A DNA stretch of 63,997 bases, counting the filler, from Saprolegnia diclina VS20 (lineage: Eukaryota), in the NCBI RefSeq assembly GCF_000281045.1. It is 8 parts of 4 records of this genome, joined end to end, with 100 filler letters (N's around TTAATTAATTAA, not from the genome) between each part and the next. Parts side by side here need not be neighbours in the genome. Positions count along the whole stretch, not along the records: positions 28,519 to 40,098 come from NW_008246154.1; positions 40,199 to 56,148 come from NW_008246154.1; 6 more parts are not named here. One strand, written 5' to 3'. The position numbers and the translations under genes were made by a program. The notes beneath the pieces were generated by a model that worked only from the letters and a program-made list of their open reading frames with translations, had not been told where the DNA came from and did not search any database. Every line of letters starts with the position of its first letter. The first letter of the stretch is position 1. Below are positions 36,081 to 49,200 of the stretch, piece by piece.

Positions 36081-37801
36081 TTATGCAAGCGGCGCATCGT
36101 CGTCGTACTCGTCGTCATCATCGTCAATCGCAATGACCTCGTGCGCGCCATTCGACACGGCGAGAGGTAGGAGCGAAATGGTTCGCGGCTGAAATGCCTC
36201 GGCCATCGACGACGCCCGCGTCGATGCGCGGGCCGACTGCCGCGTCGGTGCTTTCTTGGGCGACGACGGGCGCACGCGGCGGCGTGTGTCAAGCACCCCA
36301 AACACGTTCTTCGGGCGCGTCTTGTCGCGCACACGCCAGCTTTCATATGCGAGCGTCGCCATCTCGATCACGTCATCGGGCGAAATCGCGAGTTGCTGCG
36401 CGAGATGCTGGAACGCGAGCACCGAGTCCATGACGAGCTGGGATCGCTACACCAACGACGTTCGTCCAGTGTATCGTTGCAGCACATAGGTAGCTACCTC
36501 GGCTTCCATGGACGCTGGCGAGAGGCCGCGAAGCGAGAGCTCCGTGTGGAGGTGGATTGTGATGCAGTTTTGCACAAAAGCTTTCTAGATCGCGTTCGGA
36601 TATTGGAAATCCGTCGGAAATGTCACCAGATGTGGTCGTACCGTGGGCTCATACGGCGTCGTGACGGGCACGGCGTGCTGGTTGGTCAGCGTCAGCGTCA
36701 AGTCGCACGCAAAAAGCGCGACGGTCAATAGCTGCGCGCTAAACTCAATGCCCTCGACCGTAAGAACGCGGCCCCACTGGTTCGCATGCAGCTGCTTGGC
36801 TTCAAGCGGCAAATGCGAGTTACCAAAATTGAGCACCAAGACGACGTCGCCAACGTGGAGCTTGCTCCGGAGGCTCGGCGAGACTGTGCGGAGCGTGCTA
36901 TGGTGGCCACAGCAGCCGTGGTGTCCCACCAGCGCTGTAAAGGACGGGGACTTGGTCGAGTGACACGCCTTGTGCAGCGCGGTGGGGCATTGGTAGCAGT
37001 GGAGCGCGTCGGCTTGGGCAAGCCCCTGCTTCTTGCAGACGCTGCATGCGTGGCGCGGACACACAAATAGCGACGGGTCCTGGCCTTTGCTCATGCACCT
37101 ATCGCACCATCAGGCAGCATAAGACGAGGCATTGATGCAGCGACGAACCGCTGGTGGGCGTAGACGCCGCAGCCGGAGATCGAGCACTTGAACGAGTCCA
37201 TGTCGTCGTCGCCGACCATGTCGCACTTGAAGCACATGTGGATGCCCCGGAAACACTCGGCGCACTTCCAGCTCCGGCGCTGGGCGACGTACGGGCGGTG
37301 GACGAGCGACGCGCTCTCGCCAATGCACGCAATGTGGAACGACCGCGTGCATGAGCCCGAGCATGAGAGAAGCTGACGGCCGCCTTGGCCGCATAGAAAG
37401 CAGAGCGGCGTCGAGGCGTCCGTGATCTCGGGCACCTTGGTCTTGGCAGGCGATGGCCGGGTCTTGCTCGACGGTGCGCTTGACGGCGGCGACATCTCCA
37501 CAACCCGGCGCCGCTTTTGGTGCGCGACCTTCTTCAATGAGCCATTCACGCGCTCGCATTCTTCTTCATGGAGCACGATCTCGAACGGCTTGACATGCTC
37601 GTCAAACACCCGCCAGCAGATCGGGCAGTGCTTGGCGTCCACGAAGTGCTCATCGACAGGCGCCGGCCAGGCCTTGAGAGCGCACTGCGTCACGTGGCGG
37701 GCGAGGACGAAGGCCGCGTCTACGCGCGGGAAGAGCGCGTGGCAGTACGGGCACGGGACCGTCTCCATCGCCACCTCCAAAAACACTGGTGGCGTCGTCA
37801 T
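36081..37801 (-). CDS. Multi-PHD/zinc-finger chromatin protein (NSD-type PHD cluster), multi-exon
   Basis: Two N-terminal C2HC fingers (CPYC..H...C, CPIC..H...C), then CFLC..CSGSCTRSFHIAC..WKCAEC, CFKC..CSISGC..H and CPRHACSVC..CYQCPTALHKAC. Confidence 0.8.
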
Positions 37802-38383
37802 CCAATTCCGGTTGATGAATTGCATAAAACCATCCAGGTGACACATACAAACAACAAGATAATAATATAGCACTCGCCACCCCAATGCGATCTTGGCGGC
37901 GAAGCGGCGCCATGGCCTATGCCACTGCGAGCAGCGCGCAGGGATGACGTCTGTACACGAGCGACGGAGGCTACATGGTCATAGAGTACCATAGCCAAGG
38001 CCATGCGCTGCAACATGGGCGCAGTCGCGGCGACGCCACGTTGGCATCAACCCATGTCCGAGACAGTGGTTGGGTTGCTCGAAGACGACGTTGGGCAGGG
38101 CGTGCCGAGCGCGGCTGCGTCACGAGCACCCTTGAGAGGAGGAGCTCGCTTGTCGGTGGCGTCAACCAAGTGCGCCTTTATCCAGAGGCTACAACGACAC
38201 TGTTCGGGTTCATGACGTTGTGCTCGACGATACGAGATTGACACGCAGCACGCCTCATCGGCGTGTCTCTGTCGAGTCTACCGGTAGCATGTGAGCCTAC
38301 GTGTCGACGACTACAGTGGCACGGCGGTTGAAAGCATAGAATTAGGTGCTTACGAGCAGGTCATAGGAAGGTAGTGCAATGGA

Positions 38384-38755
38384 TCAGTCGTTGCTCGAGG
38401 TATCGCTACTTGAGTCCGACATTGGGTCCTCGTCCTGGTCTAGAGCTCGTGCGCGCTCGTCGGGCTGGCGAGGCGGTGGTGCGCCACTGCCATTCGGTCG
38501 TGTCTGGTAGTGGCACGTAGCGGGGATGCTCTGGCCGCGATGCTGCATCGCGTCATGGTGCTTTTGCAGCAGCTTCTTGGCGCGCACGATGTCACAGTCG
38601 GTCTCTCGGATGGCCATGAGCAGCCCGAGGTTCGTCTTCATGAGCTTCGAGTTGACCGACCGCGCGTTGCTCAGGACGGCCGTGAGGGACTCGTCGGCCA
38701 TCGGTGCTCGAAGCGGCGGCAAGTTCGGATACACAAAGCTATCCGGATACGACAT
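38384..38755 (-). CDS. Small hypothetical protein
   Basis: 123-aa ATG-started ORF with a helical core and coding-like codon use. Confidence 0.4.
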   Translation of the reverse strand: MSYPDSFVYPNLPPLRAPMADESLTAVLSNARSVNSKLMKTNLGLLMAIRETDCDIVRAKKLLQKHHDAMQHRGQSIPATCHYQTRPNGSGAPPPRQPDERARALDQDEDPMSDSSSDTSSND

Positions 38756-39618
38756 GGCGTGTATCTCACCCTAATTCACACGACTGTGGACCATGCGGTG
38801 TGTGAAAAATGCCTGCAAATCACGTCACACGATCGTGTGGTGGATGGGCGGACGTTGTCGTCTCGACGACGATCGCGCTATTTTTCAATGGAGATGCAAA
38901 GCGCGTGTATAACTATAGCACAAGTCAACGAGGTCCATAAATCTACCAAGTCCTTACTTTGATCCTCCGCTCGACGTAGAAAGAACCGAACCTTTGTCGA
39001 CGAACGCCACGCTATGGACACACTGTAGGACCGTGTCGCACTTGGGATGTTCCGGATAATCCAGTAGACACGTCCACCATGGTGAGATTTAATAAAACCC
39101 GCGGTGAGAAAGACCCAAATAATTCGCCAAGACTCGATAAACCGTTATGATTGGGTATGCTTACATTTCATGGAGCTATTCTAGCCAATCAAATCATCCT
39201 GTATCGGCGCCTGGATCCGCTTCCGTTCCAGTTCACTTCTTGCCTGCACGACGCTCCAACTAAATGCCCTTCCTGTACACCACACCTGCATGCGCTTGAC
39301 TCCACACACGCGACTACGCACCTCCGACCAGGTTGACAAGGCGACGTGATGTGAAAAACGTGAAAAACACCGTGTTGCAGCGGTCGTATCCGGATAATCG
39401 CGGCAAGAGTGGAATTTTCCACGCGCATTACTCACCGGTGTCGTGATGTTCGTTTTAAAATCCGGCCTTGCCGAACGTCGGGTCGTTGCATACAAACACC
39501 CAGTGTAAATAAAAATTACCCTAAAAAATACGATCCCAGGGCGCAGATGGCGGGGTTCGAATGCGCCATACATTAGGCGGGCGACGTGTATTTCTCATAT
39601 TTCTTGGTCGCCAGCAGC

Positions 39619-40098
39619 ATGGCCGCGCCGACGCAAGGAGGAGGCCGCCCGCCGTACCAGTACATGGACTCGACGTCGCATGTGCAGGACGACGACATGG
39701 CACATGTGCCCGTGTGGCAGGACAGCAGCGCCGAGCACATGTACGGCGACTACGTCAACCCCGGCGGGGTGGCCGTCATGGAGTCGACCGAGCACGCGTC
39801 CGTGCGCCCGAGCACGATCCTCGACTCGTCGCGCACGTCGACGGCCGCCGCCATGAAGCCTGACATCAAGGTCGGCGTCAGCGAAGAGGCCAACTCGGAG
39901 AAGAAGCACACAGGCCGGAAGCGCGTCTGGCCCGGCTGGCTGCTCCTCTTCCTCGTCTTTGGTGGCGCGGTCTTTGGCATCTTTTGGTTTGGCCGCAAAC
40001 TCTACTTCAAGGCCCAAGGCCAGCAAACGCTCTCGCAAAAGATCCTCGACCGCACGCCCGCGCCGCCGACGCCCGCCAAAAGTACGTGCGCTCCTTGT
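39619..40098 (+). CDS. 5' part of a type II membrane protein, probably another GH5 glucanase paralogue (truncated by contig end)
   Basis: KPDIKV...KHTGRKRVWPGWLLLFLVFGGAVFGI parallels QRDIKA...RYGGRLRRWPGVLLLFVIV in the GH5 gene at 93-1962. Confidence 0.6.
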
Positions 40099-40442
40099 NN
40101 NNNNNNNNNNNNNNNNNNNNNNNNNNNNNNNNNNNNNNNNNNTTAATTAATTAANNNNNNNNNNNNNNNNNNNNNNNNNNNNNNNNNNNNNNNNNNNNTA
40201 CGTACTACGTCATATGACGCGCTTATGAGCCTTCGCGTAGAGCGCGCTTCAGTGCACGTCTTCCGTCCAAGAAAAAATGTGGGTATCGTATGCATCCCAT
40301 TGGCTACCCCCCCAATGACAAAGCGTAAATCGTACTTTTTTAAATTTCAACACACAAAAAACCAATGCAATGGACACGGTCGCACCTTGCCACCAAACGA
40401 TTTGCCGGCCTGTCGCTTAAAGTGTCGTTTGTAGCGAAACGA

Positions 40443-41282
40443 CTACCGATTCGAGTTGGCGACGTCGAGTCCCAAAGCTCGGGCTTCCTTTTCTAGTCGT
40501 GCAAACACCACGCGACGTTGCAGTGCTGCCGCCGCCTCGCGCTCACCGACAGGTGCGTCTGCAAAGACGGCGGCGTGGGCCATCGTGGATTGAGCCTCCA
40601 CGAGCTGCCGCAAGAGCTCGTTGTGCTGCGCCAAAAGCTCGTTCTTTCGCTGCCGCTGCTCCAGCCTAGCGGCCGAAAAGTCGATGGCCTTGCGTTTCTT
40701 GGTGGCGGTTGTCTTGCCGCTGACACGACTCATGGTGGCCACAGGCGTCTCCACAGGCGCCATGACAGCGCCACTGGTCCCGCTCGGCTCTTGGTCAGAT
40801 GCTTGCGTCGGCTCGATCGCAGGTGCACAATCTGTCACGTGCTTGTCTCTCGGCGCTGGCATATCGGTGCCAAGGACCCGGGGGTGCACGGTTAGCAAGT
40901 ATTGGTACGACATTGGCGCTTCATCCCGGAGGTACTGCCACACTTCAAGGTGCTTGAAGACACGGCCGCTTTCATGCACGTACTTGGTGCAGGCCGTCGC
41001 AATGGCGCTCTCATGGTTGACGCTGGTGAACATCGCGGCTTCGTAGAGCTGAACAAAGCGGCGAACGTTGTCGGCGACGCTGTGCCAGTGCTGTTCGACG
41101 CCGCTGGGCGAGCGAAAGTCGATGGCGCCTGCTGCCTCCCCGAGCGTCACAAAGTGGCTGTACACGTCCGTCCAGAAGTGCTTGACGTTGTCGACGACCG
41201 CGCTCCTACTGCGGGCCGCAGCCACGATCGCGCGGGCGAGGCGCAGGTCTTCGGCGGTCGCGTACTTGGTCCCGCGGGCCAT
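40443..41282 (-). CDS. Myb/SANT-like (NAM-associated type) protein, resembling the PIF/Harbinger DNA-binding ORF
   Basis: Y...ED..L..A, FW..V..HF, RS...V..HW..V...V.RF, FKHLEVWQYL and a C-terminal coiled coil. Confidence 0.65.
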   Translation of the reverse strand: MARGTKYATAEDLRLARAIVAAARSRSAVVDNVKHFWTDVYSHFVTLGEAAGAIDFRSPSGVEQHWHSVADNVRRFVQLYEAAMFTSVNHESAIATACTKYVHESGRVFKHLEVWQYLRDEAPMSYQYLLTVHPRVLGTDMPAPRDKHVTDCAPAIEPTQASDQEPSGTSGAVMAPVETPVATMSRVSGKTTATKKRKAIDFSAARLEQRQRKNELLAQHNELLRQLVEAQSTMAHAAVFADAPVGEREAAAALQRRVVFARLEKEARALGLDVANSNR

Positions 41283-41929
41283 CGATCGAAATTTGGTCCA
41301 TGGTNNNNNNNNNNNNNNNNNNNNNNNNNNNNNNNNNNNNNNNNNNNNNNNNNNNNNNNNNNNNNNNNNNNNNNNNNNNNNNNNNNNNNNNNNNNNNNNN
41401 NNNNNNNNNNNNNNNNNNNNNNNNNNNNNNNNNNNNNNNNNNNNNNNNNNNNNNNNNNNNNNNNNNNNNNNNNNNNNNNNNNNNNNNNNNNNNNNNNNNN
41501 NNNNNNNNNNNNNNNNNNNNNNNNNNNNNNNNNNNNNNNNNNNNNNNNNNNNNNNNNNNNNNNNNNNNNNNNNNNNNNNNNNNNNNNNNNNNNNNNNNNN
41601 NNNNNNNNNNNNNNNNNNNNNNNNNNNNNNNNNNNNNNNNNNNNNNNNNNNNNNNNNNNNNNNNNNNNNNNNNNNNNNNNNNNNNNNNNNNNNNNNNNNN
41701 NNNNNNNNNNNNNNNNNNNNNNNNNNNNNNNNNNNNNNNNNNNNNNNNNNNNNNNNNACTGTACCCTTTAACTAGAACCATCCGCACGGCATAACGCAAG
41801 CTTAGGCTATGAACCTGGAGGACATCGATTGCTGCAGGTCCTTGGTCCCGTCCCTCGCGGGACAAGCAGGATCACCACACTCGACTACCGTGACGACGGG
41901 GAAAATGCAATCGAGCAACATGGATTCGA

Positions 41930-42718
41930 TTACAAAGCGCCCAACTCCCGAGCTTGCTTTTGTAGACGCGCCACGATGACGCGTCGCTGTAGCGCAAGGA
42001 ACGCGTCTCGCTCGTTGGGCGGTGCGTTCACAGCCGCGACTTGGTCCGCTAACACCGTTTGCGCGTCTGCGACTTTGCGAAGCAGCTGGTTGTGCGTCTC
42101 GAGCAGTTCATTCCGGCGCTTCCAAATGGCACGTTTTGACGTTGGAGAGTCAACTTCGGAGACCTTGAGCTTCTTGACCGGCGACGTCGACGCTACAACT
42201 TCGCGCGGCCGTTTCAGTGGCGAGCATGGTTGTAGGAGGCACTGTTGTAGCGAATGCACGAGTCCTTCGATCTCTGGTGCGATGGCACAGACGCGCGGTG
42301 CGACCTCATGCATCCGCGCCGCCGACTCCTGCGACCAGCGCCAGACGTCGAGGAACTTGAAATCCGTGCCGTTGTTTGGATCCGACTTGTAGCGTGCAAG
42401 GGCGGCAATGGCGACGTCCTGCTTCTCGCTAATGCCGGCATTGGGTTGCTCCGACGTGTAGCACTCTGTGAAGCGGCGAAGTTCGGGTTGGATCGCCCGC
42501 CAGCGGTCGGGGAGCTCGCTCTGCCATATCCGCCGAATATCACCGGGCAGCCATCCAGAAAAGACGGCATCGTTGTGCACACAGCCCCAAAAATCGGCGC
42601 CGTTGGCGATGCTGGTGCCAACGTCCAGGTCGAGCGTCGTTGTCACGATGGCCTTGACGAGGCGCTCGTCCTGCTTGTGTTGCCAGTACCGGTAGCGTTC
42701 GAGGTCGCGTCGTTCCAT
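41930..42718 (-). CDS. Myb/SANT-like protein, tandem paralogue of 40443-41282
   Basis: W...QD.RLVKAI, FWGCVH, RW.AI..EL.RF and FKFLDVW. It shares the C-terminus R.NELL..HN.LLR....AQ...AP..ER.A..ALQRRV..ARL.K.AR.LG. Confidence 0.65.
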   Translation of the reverse strand: MERRDLERYRYWQHKQDERLVKAIVTTTLDLDVGTSIANGADFWGCVHNDAVFSGWLPGDIRRIWQSELPDRWRAIQPELRRFTECYTSEQPNAGISEKQDVAIAALARYKSDPNNGTDFKFLDVWRWSQESAARMHEVAPRVCAIAPEIEGLVHSLQQCLLQPCSPLKRPREVVASTSPVKKLKVSEVDSPTSKRAIWKRRNELLETHNQLLRKVADAQTVLADQVAAVNAPPNERDAFLALQRRVIVARLQKQARELGAL

Positions 42719-43008
42719 GGTTTGTGAGTGAAATGAAATCTGCTTTACTCGCTGTGATTGGCCAGATCCATGGCCGTACGAACGTTTGATTGGTGGCTTC
42801 GAGCGATGCAAAGGGTTAGTTTGGTCCAGGCTGCCCATAGAAGTAGCAACTGGTACTTCGAAACAAAACAAAATGTACAAAATGCGCTTTGTTCATAGCC
42901 TTCGTCAGTCACGTGTGTATCCTTGTCCGCGGCTCAGGATAGCTACATAGCTGGGTGACATGTATTGTCCCTGCAAGTTGCGAGTCCATGCATGTTGAAC
43001 GTTTTGTT

Positions 43009-45804
43009 TCACAAAAGAGACAAGTCCAAGGACCCGCGGTGCCGCGACGAGAAGGCTGCCGTGCGGTACGACATGCTAGGGTCATGGTCCCGCACCGGTG
43101 GCCCTCGAACCGGCTTGGTGTCGGACGTCGTCGGCAGCGGACGTTGCAATGGCAAGGCGGCGCCGTCGCCCAGGACGGCCGATTCGACTGCTGCAATGCG
43201 CTTCAGGATCAGATCGAGACGGTCACCAATCTCCGAGAGCTTCTCGGACCGATTCGACTTGATGTACGTGGCAACCCCATCGACAATGGTGCCCACATTG
43301 ACGCCTACTATAGTACAGTAGTTTCATGACCCGTGTTTCGAAACATCATTGTAGACAATCTGTACCTGTGCGCGCCGACGCCGGCATCGTCGTGGTCGCC
43401 GTTTGTTGCGATAGTATGGATGGGTGCGGTCCGAAGGGTACCTCGGGCGACTAAGGATCGCTTAAGAAACTATGATTCTAGATTAATAAAATGCGTACCG
43501 ACGGCGTGACGACGCCGCGCGAGAGCTTGCGGAGGGTCTCCATGCGCTTGATGGTCGCCATGTTTTCGGTCAAGCGTACAAAGTTGTTCTTAAAGGCGGT
43601 TTTTAGCACTTTGCCGCGAATGTTGCGCAGGATTTCAGGGTACAAGCCGGAGGAGAGAATGTCTTCCAAGTCAAATTTGGTGAGAATTTGAACGTGGAGG
43701 TACGTGAACGCGCGCACGGCGACCTTGCGCTGGCGATACGTGAGTATAATGTCCTACCGCATCATTTTGATTTGGGATAGGTATGGTCCATGCATTGGCT
43801 CAACTATCGCAATGGATCCAACACATACCTCGCCGAAGAATGAGCCGGCACCCACCATGACCTTGCCGCGCGTCGCAAACCCGCGTTCCACCAAGTACCT
43901 GCGACATCCTTCAGCTCCAGGCGATATATACAAGACAAAGTGTACATTTTCGTGTTGTACTCGCCTTGGCGAATGACGGCCTCGGACGGCGGGAAGCACT
44001 CGGGACGCAATACCATTGCCAGCTAGACATAGTATGACTATTCCAAGTAGCCAACTCTAAGAACGTACAGCTGTGATAAATTGAGAGCGTTCGCGGTCGT
44101 CCGAGCAGCTGAAGAAATCGATCTTGCTAATCCACTGGTTGTTGTACAAGGCGACTTCGCCGCGGAGCCCCGGCGACATGGCGAGGAGGAGGTCCCGGTT
44201 CTTCTTCTCGCGAAGAAGCGACCGCGATGAGAAGAAAAAGTCACGTAATCGCGACGAGAGGTCCGACGGCAGCTGGTTGAAGCGGCAAAACTCGTTGAGC
44301 GTGTCGATGGTCTGATGAAACTCGGATGTTGCCGCGTCCATTGCACTCAAAATGCGGCAGACGCCACCAACGACGTATGCATACGTGCCACCGCCAAGGA
44401 CCATGCAAACGATCGAGAGCGCGCGCTCCCCCGGGGTCGCGGGGCCCTACTCCAGCGCTATGAACGACTTGATATATATCTAGTATGACGCGTACCACGT
44501 CACCGTAGCCGATCGTGGTGAGTGTCATAACTGACCAGTAGAGCGCAGAGATGTACTGAACGAGCACTTCGCAGTCGATGAGCGCGTCCGGGCCCATGTA
44601 GTGATCGGTGAGCCAGTTGTAGTGACGCCCGTTCACGTCCAAGTTGGTTTCGAGGTCCACGACCGCGCGAAAGACGCACGCAATCTACACAACGCGCATC
44701 TTCTAGTATCCAACGTTAGGATAGACGAGATAGATACCCAGTGCGCGATCATCAAGACAAAAAAGCAAAACTTGGCCAAGGCCAACGTCGCATAGTTCAT
44801 GCTCATCTTGACCTCCCAGTACTGAAAAACACTGGCGTCTATAGAAGAAACCTCGTGATTAACATCCCAAAAAGAGACAGTACCTTGCACGACGCGGATG
44901 ACCTTCATGAGGCGGAAGAGCCGAAGGATACGCATAAAGCGGAGCCGACCGAGCGCTGGCGACGTGACCATGAGCCCGATAGTGTTAAACGGGAGCACCG
45001 AGACGAGGTCGATGAAAAACCTACGCACACTTAAGACACTGCATATTTGGTAACTCGTCGTCCGTACCAGCCACGGACGTAGTGATAGACGATCAGCTTG
45101 GCGTCCGTGATCCACATGTTGTTGTCCGCGTCAAAATACTAAGCAATACGAGCATGACATCAATCGCTTGCCTGTAGCGAAGGACGTTCGCACCACGAGG
45201 AAGAAGCGAAGCACCATGTCGAGGAAGAAGCACACGTCGACTAGACACCCATTAGCATCGAGACAATTCGCGCAGCAGGAAGCTACCGAGTGTGTTGAGG
45301 CCAAAGAGCGCGTCGAAACTCGGTGTCAAGAACGCCGTCTCGAACGGCGTCACGACCGCTACAAGGCCATGCGTTTACACTAGAAATCCTGCGAAAGACT
45401 AAAGCGTCAAGTCTTTGGTACGGACCTGTGTAGAAGAGGAGGACGATCGAGAGAGCATCCCAGTTGCGCATGAATGTCGAGTGCGGATGAATCGGCTCGA
45501 GGCCACAAAAGCGCGCCGGTAGGACCACTCCCATGGTCGAGTGAAAGTCACGGTCCGTCACCTGGGGCTTTGAGAGGGACTGCACTGCGTCGGTCGTTGG
45601 CTTGGTAAAGATCGTCGTGTTGAAGCGGGTCGTCCTGGCCCGGCCGAGGGGTCGGGACTCGGACTCGCCTGGCGCGTTCGACGAGACACGGGCCGTCATG
45701 GCTCGACCAAGAGCTTGCTGAGGCCCTGGCTTCACTGGTACCCGCGGCACGCCCGACTTGATGCGCGTCGTGTCATCGCTGCTGGGTGGCGGGGGCCCGG
45801 ACAT
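43009..45804 (-). CDS. Voltage-gated/cyclic-nucleotide-binding-domain K+ channel (EAG/KCNH-like), many introns
   Basis: IHPHS.F..NWD, S4 segment RLRFMRILRLFRLMKVIR, pore YISALYWSVMTLTTIGYGDV, a C-linker and CNBD motifs VIRQGE and GSFFGE. Confidence 0.9.
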
Positions 45805-46206
45805 ACTTGTACGAGTCGTACCCGGTTGGCGCGAAACAGGTCGTAACTGATAGCGCAACGCTTAGAAAAGCCACTATTCTCAGCCACATTCACATTTGCG
45901 TGCTCGTCCAACCAGGTGTACCGACTACGATAATGCACGAATGTCAACAACTTGTCTTCCAGAAGGCACCGCCACGGCAGTGCGAGTAGTCGCCACCACT
46001 AGTATAATGTAGACAGATGCTGCAGGGACGCAGAGGTACCCCATGTTGCGCATGTCAAGCCCGAACGCCTTGTACACAGCATCCCACACGATGGTGACAT
46101 CCCACTACGCACGGGATACCTAACCGCACCGACAGGATTGTGCTTTTTTGGCGACAGCCACGCAAAATGTCCTGGCGTTCACACAAAGTTGTCTATCAAG
46201 GAGCCT

Positions 46207-49200
46207 CTAAAACCCCAGGTCGGTGAGTTTGGTTTGCAGCCGGTCGCGGAGGTACTGCGCATCCGGCGTGTACACGCACACGTCGCCGTTGCCAAGACCG
46301 ACGAGCAGATGCATGTCGTTGGCCGAGAGGCAGAGCGCGTGGATCGGGCTCTGGAACGCTCTCAATCCGCGCGTCTCGTCGCTGCCATCGAACTCGCGCT
46401 GGATCGAGAGGTCGTGCACGCGGTACACGGTGATCGTCTGGCCGCGCCCGCCAAGAAGAATCGCGTCGCCGTCCTATGCACGTCTTGTATCAGCTTGATA
46501 CAACACGGTATGGATGCTACCTGTGTCAGCGCAAACGCCTGGGCTTTTTGATCAATGACCCGCGACGCGAGGCAGTCGCCGTTGATCGAGTACCGATAGA
46601 GCGTCGACGTCGAATCACAATACGTCAGGATCGACCCGTACGTACTGAGCCCAACGTACGTCAAGCGCGCGAGCCGCGAGGCGTCCGGGCGCAGCGTGCG
46701 AATGTACCGGCCGTTGCTCAGCGTATGCACAATGATGGTGCCGTCCCGACTCGCACTCAGAACCACGTCCATGTCGCACGAGACCGCGACGCTTGCGACG
46801 CCGTCGTCATGACCAAACAAGACAAAACTCGGCGTCCGGCGGAGCTCGCAGACCTTGTCGCGCCATACGAGCGGCCACACCTAGTACAATGCTCCCTAAG
46901 GCTCAGCGATATGACGACGTGATCTGATACCATGACCGTGTTGTCGGACGAGCCGGTGACAAGGACGCGGCCGTCTGCACTCACAGCAACACACGTAACG
47001 ACATCGTGGTGCCCACGGACGCTCTGGCCATGCTCGGACGCGCTGCCGTCGACGAGTCGAGTAACCTGAATGCTGTGGTCCCAGTGCCCGACCGAGAAGA
47101 CGTGCTTGCCGTGCACCGCAAAGAGGTTGGACGATAACGTCATGGCCGACTCGGCGTACGTCGTCACTGCTCGCGTCGCAAATGGACCACCGAGCACGTG
47201 CATCGACGTTGGCGTCGGCGCGAAAACGAAGGGCGGCTCGTGGTCGGGCGGCAGTGCCTTCCACTTGTGCAAGCTCAATCGGCGGCTCGCATCGATCGCC
47301 AAAACCGCCTCGTCAATTAGCGAAAGACACAAAATCGGGCGTCGACTCCGGCTGCCGCGCACCCGCGGGTGGCCGACCCACTGCGCGACACGGACTAGCG
47401 ACCGAATCGTATCGATCGACGGCGACCGCGGTGGGTGCGGGCGAAGCAGAAGCTGCGACGGCGTCTGGCCAAAGCAGTCCATTTGCCGCAGCGTGGTTGC
47501 ATACAGCATCGGGTCGGTAGCTTCGAGCTTGTCGAGGTCGACAGCGCCGTCGTACGTCAGGTGAAAGTACACGTTGCACGCGTCGACGGCGTGGTCCGTG
47601 CCGCCAAAGAGCGGCGGGCGCTGCTTGTAGCCGAATATCAAGTCGATCCATTCGTGCAAGTGCGTCGAGACGTAGTCGCTCTCGAGCGCTTCTCGGTGCA
47701 GCCGAATAAACTCGTGGGCCGAGCCGTGGGCCCACGGCGGCAAGACAACGTTGTCGACGACGTCACCGTTCTGCTTGGTCCCCAGCTCGATCCGGTTTGT
47801 ATTGAGAAGGAACTCGGGGAGGCAGTAAAACTCGGGCAAGAGCTCGCGCACGTCGCTTGGGTTGGTCGTGCAGCTCCGGTACGAGGCTTCGATCGAGTGG
47901 AACAATCGATCCGCGTGGTCGAGCTTGCCTAGACACGTCAATCTCAAAACTCCAACTCCAACCTCAAAATGCATGGTGGCATGAACATCGAAGCGCGTAC
48001 CGCCTTGCAGCTGCTTGTGGTAGCTCGTGAATGGCTGCAATCGCAGCAAAAAGCCAATGACAAACGCAGAGCACGAGTAGTGCGTGCCATAGTGAAACGG
48101 AGGGAGCTGGGGCATGTCGTCCTCCTACGCTCATGTAGCTGTAGTATCCTATCCAACGTAGGGATAGGATACCGAATGCGGCGTCTGGAGCGACCGCTGG
48201 TACTCGACTTCGAGCACCTTGTAGCGCTCCGTGAAGAACGTCAAGCTCGCGTCGTTCTGCACGCCAATTGGCCGCGAGAGATTGCGAAAGGTCGCCGGGT
48301 TGGTCAAATCAAGCGTGTCACTCGTATAATCGGACAAGACCCACGGGAAAATCTACGAAAAATTTGGGAAAATGTTTGTTGCAACTTTGAAATACCGGGT
48401 ACTGCGCGAGATCGTTGTACGTACGCCCCGCCACCGTGTTGAGATGCATGAGGTACTCGAAATTCGAGAGCTTTCGGTCGACCCAGCGCTGGGTCGCACT
48501 CGAGTGCTCGAACCGCGCGCGCGGCGTGCGCCCGAGCGACGGCTGCAGCGATGGCGGTTGCATGAAGCGGAGCGTTTGCTGCAGCAAGGCGGCAGCTTTC
48601 TTGTCGAGAAAATGCACGAAAATGGTCGCGCCATCGCGAAAGAAGAACTCGAGCGCCGAGGATCGAAACTGGAACCGACGGCTCTCGACTTGCAGCAAGC
48701 CCTACCCACAAAGTATTTGTCGTGCGTTAGAGCAGAGGAGACTCACCGGCAGCGGCCATTTGATGTGCTTGCTCGTTGCTTGCACGACCAGACTGAGGTA
48801 CGTCGGGTACAGATGCAGATGACATGGCTCGTGCTTGGTCTTGGCGATCCACATGCACTCGAACGACACGATGCGTGCCCCGGGGTCGATGCCGTCGGTC
48901 AGCGCAACTAGCGGCGTCTGCTCGTTGCCGGCTTCGTCGCGCATCTTGAGCTTTTCGTAAAAGTCTTCGTTGTACGCGGCAAGCGCCTTGGCCTGGAGGA
49001 GCTCGGTCGCCAGCGACAGCTGCGCATCTGTTTGCGAGATGGTCGGCGGCTCGGTCAAAGCCATCGGCGTCGCATCCCGGGCGTAATACCGCTTGAGTTT
49101 ACAGCGCTCTCGCCGCGCGTTCTCGGCGCTGTCAAGCTTCCAATGCACGGCGACGCCGCGGCTACCGTCATAGCCCCACGATGCGCGCTCGTTCGTGAGC

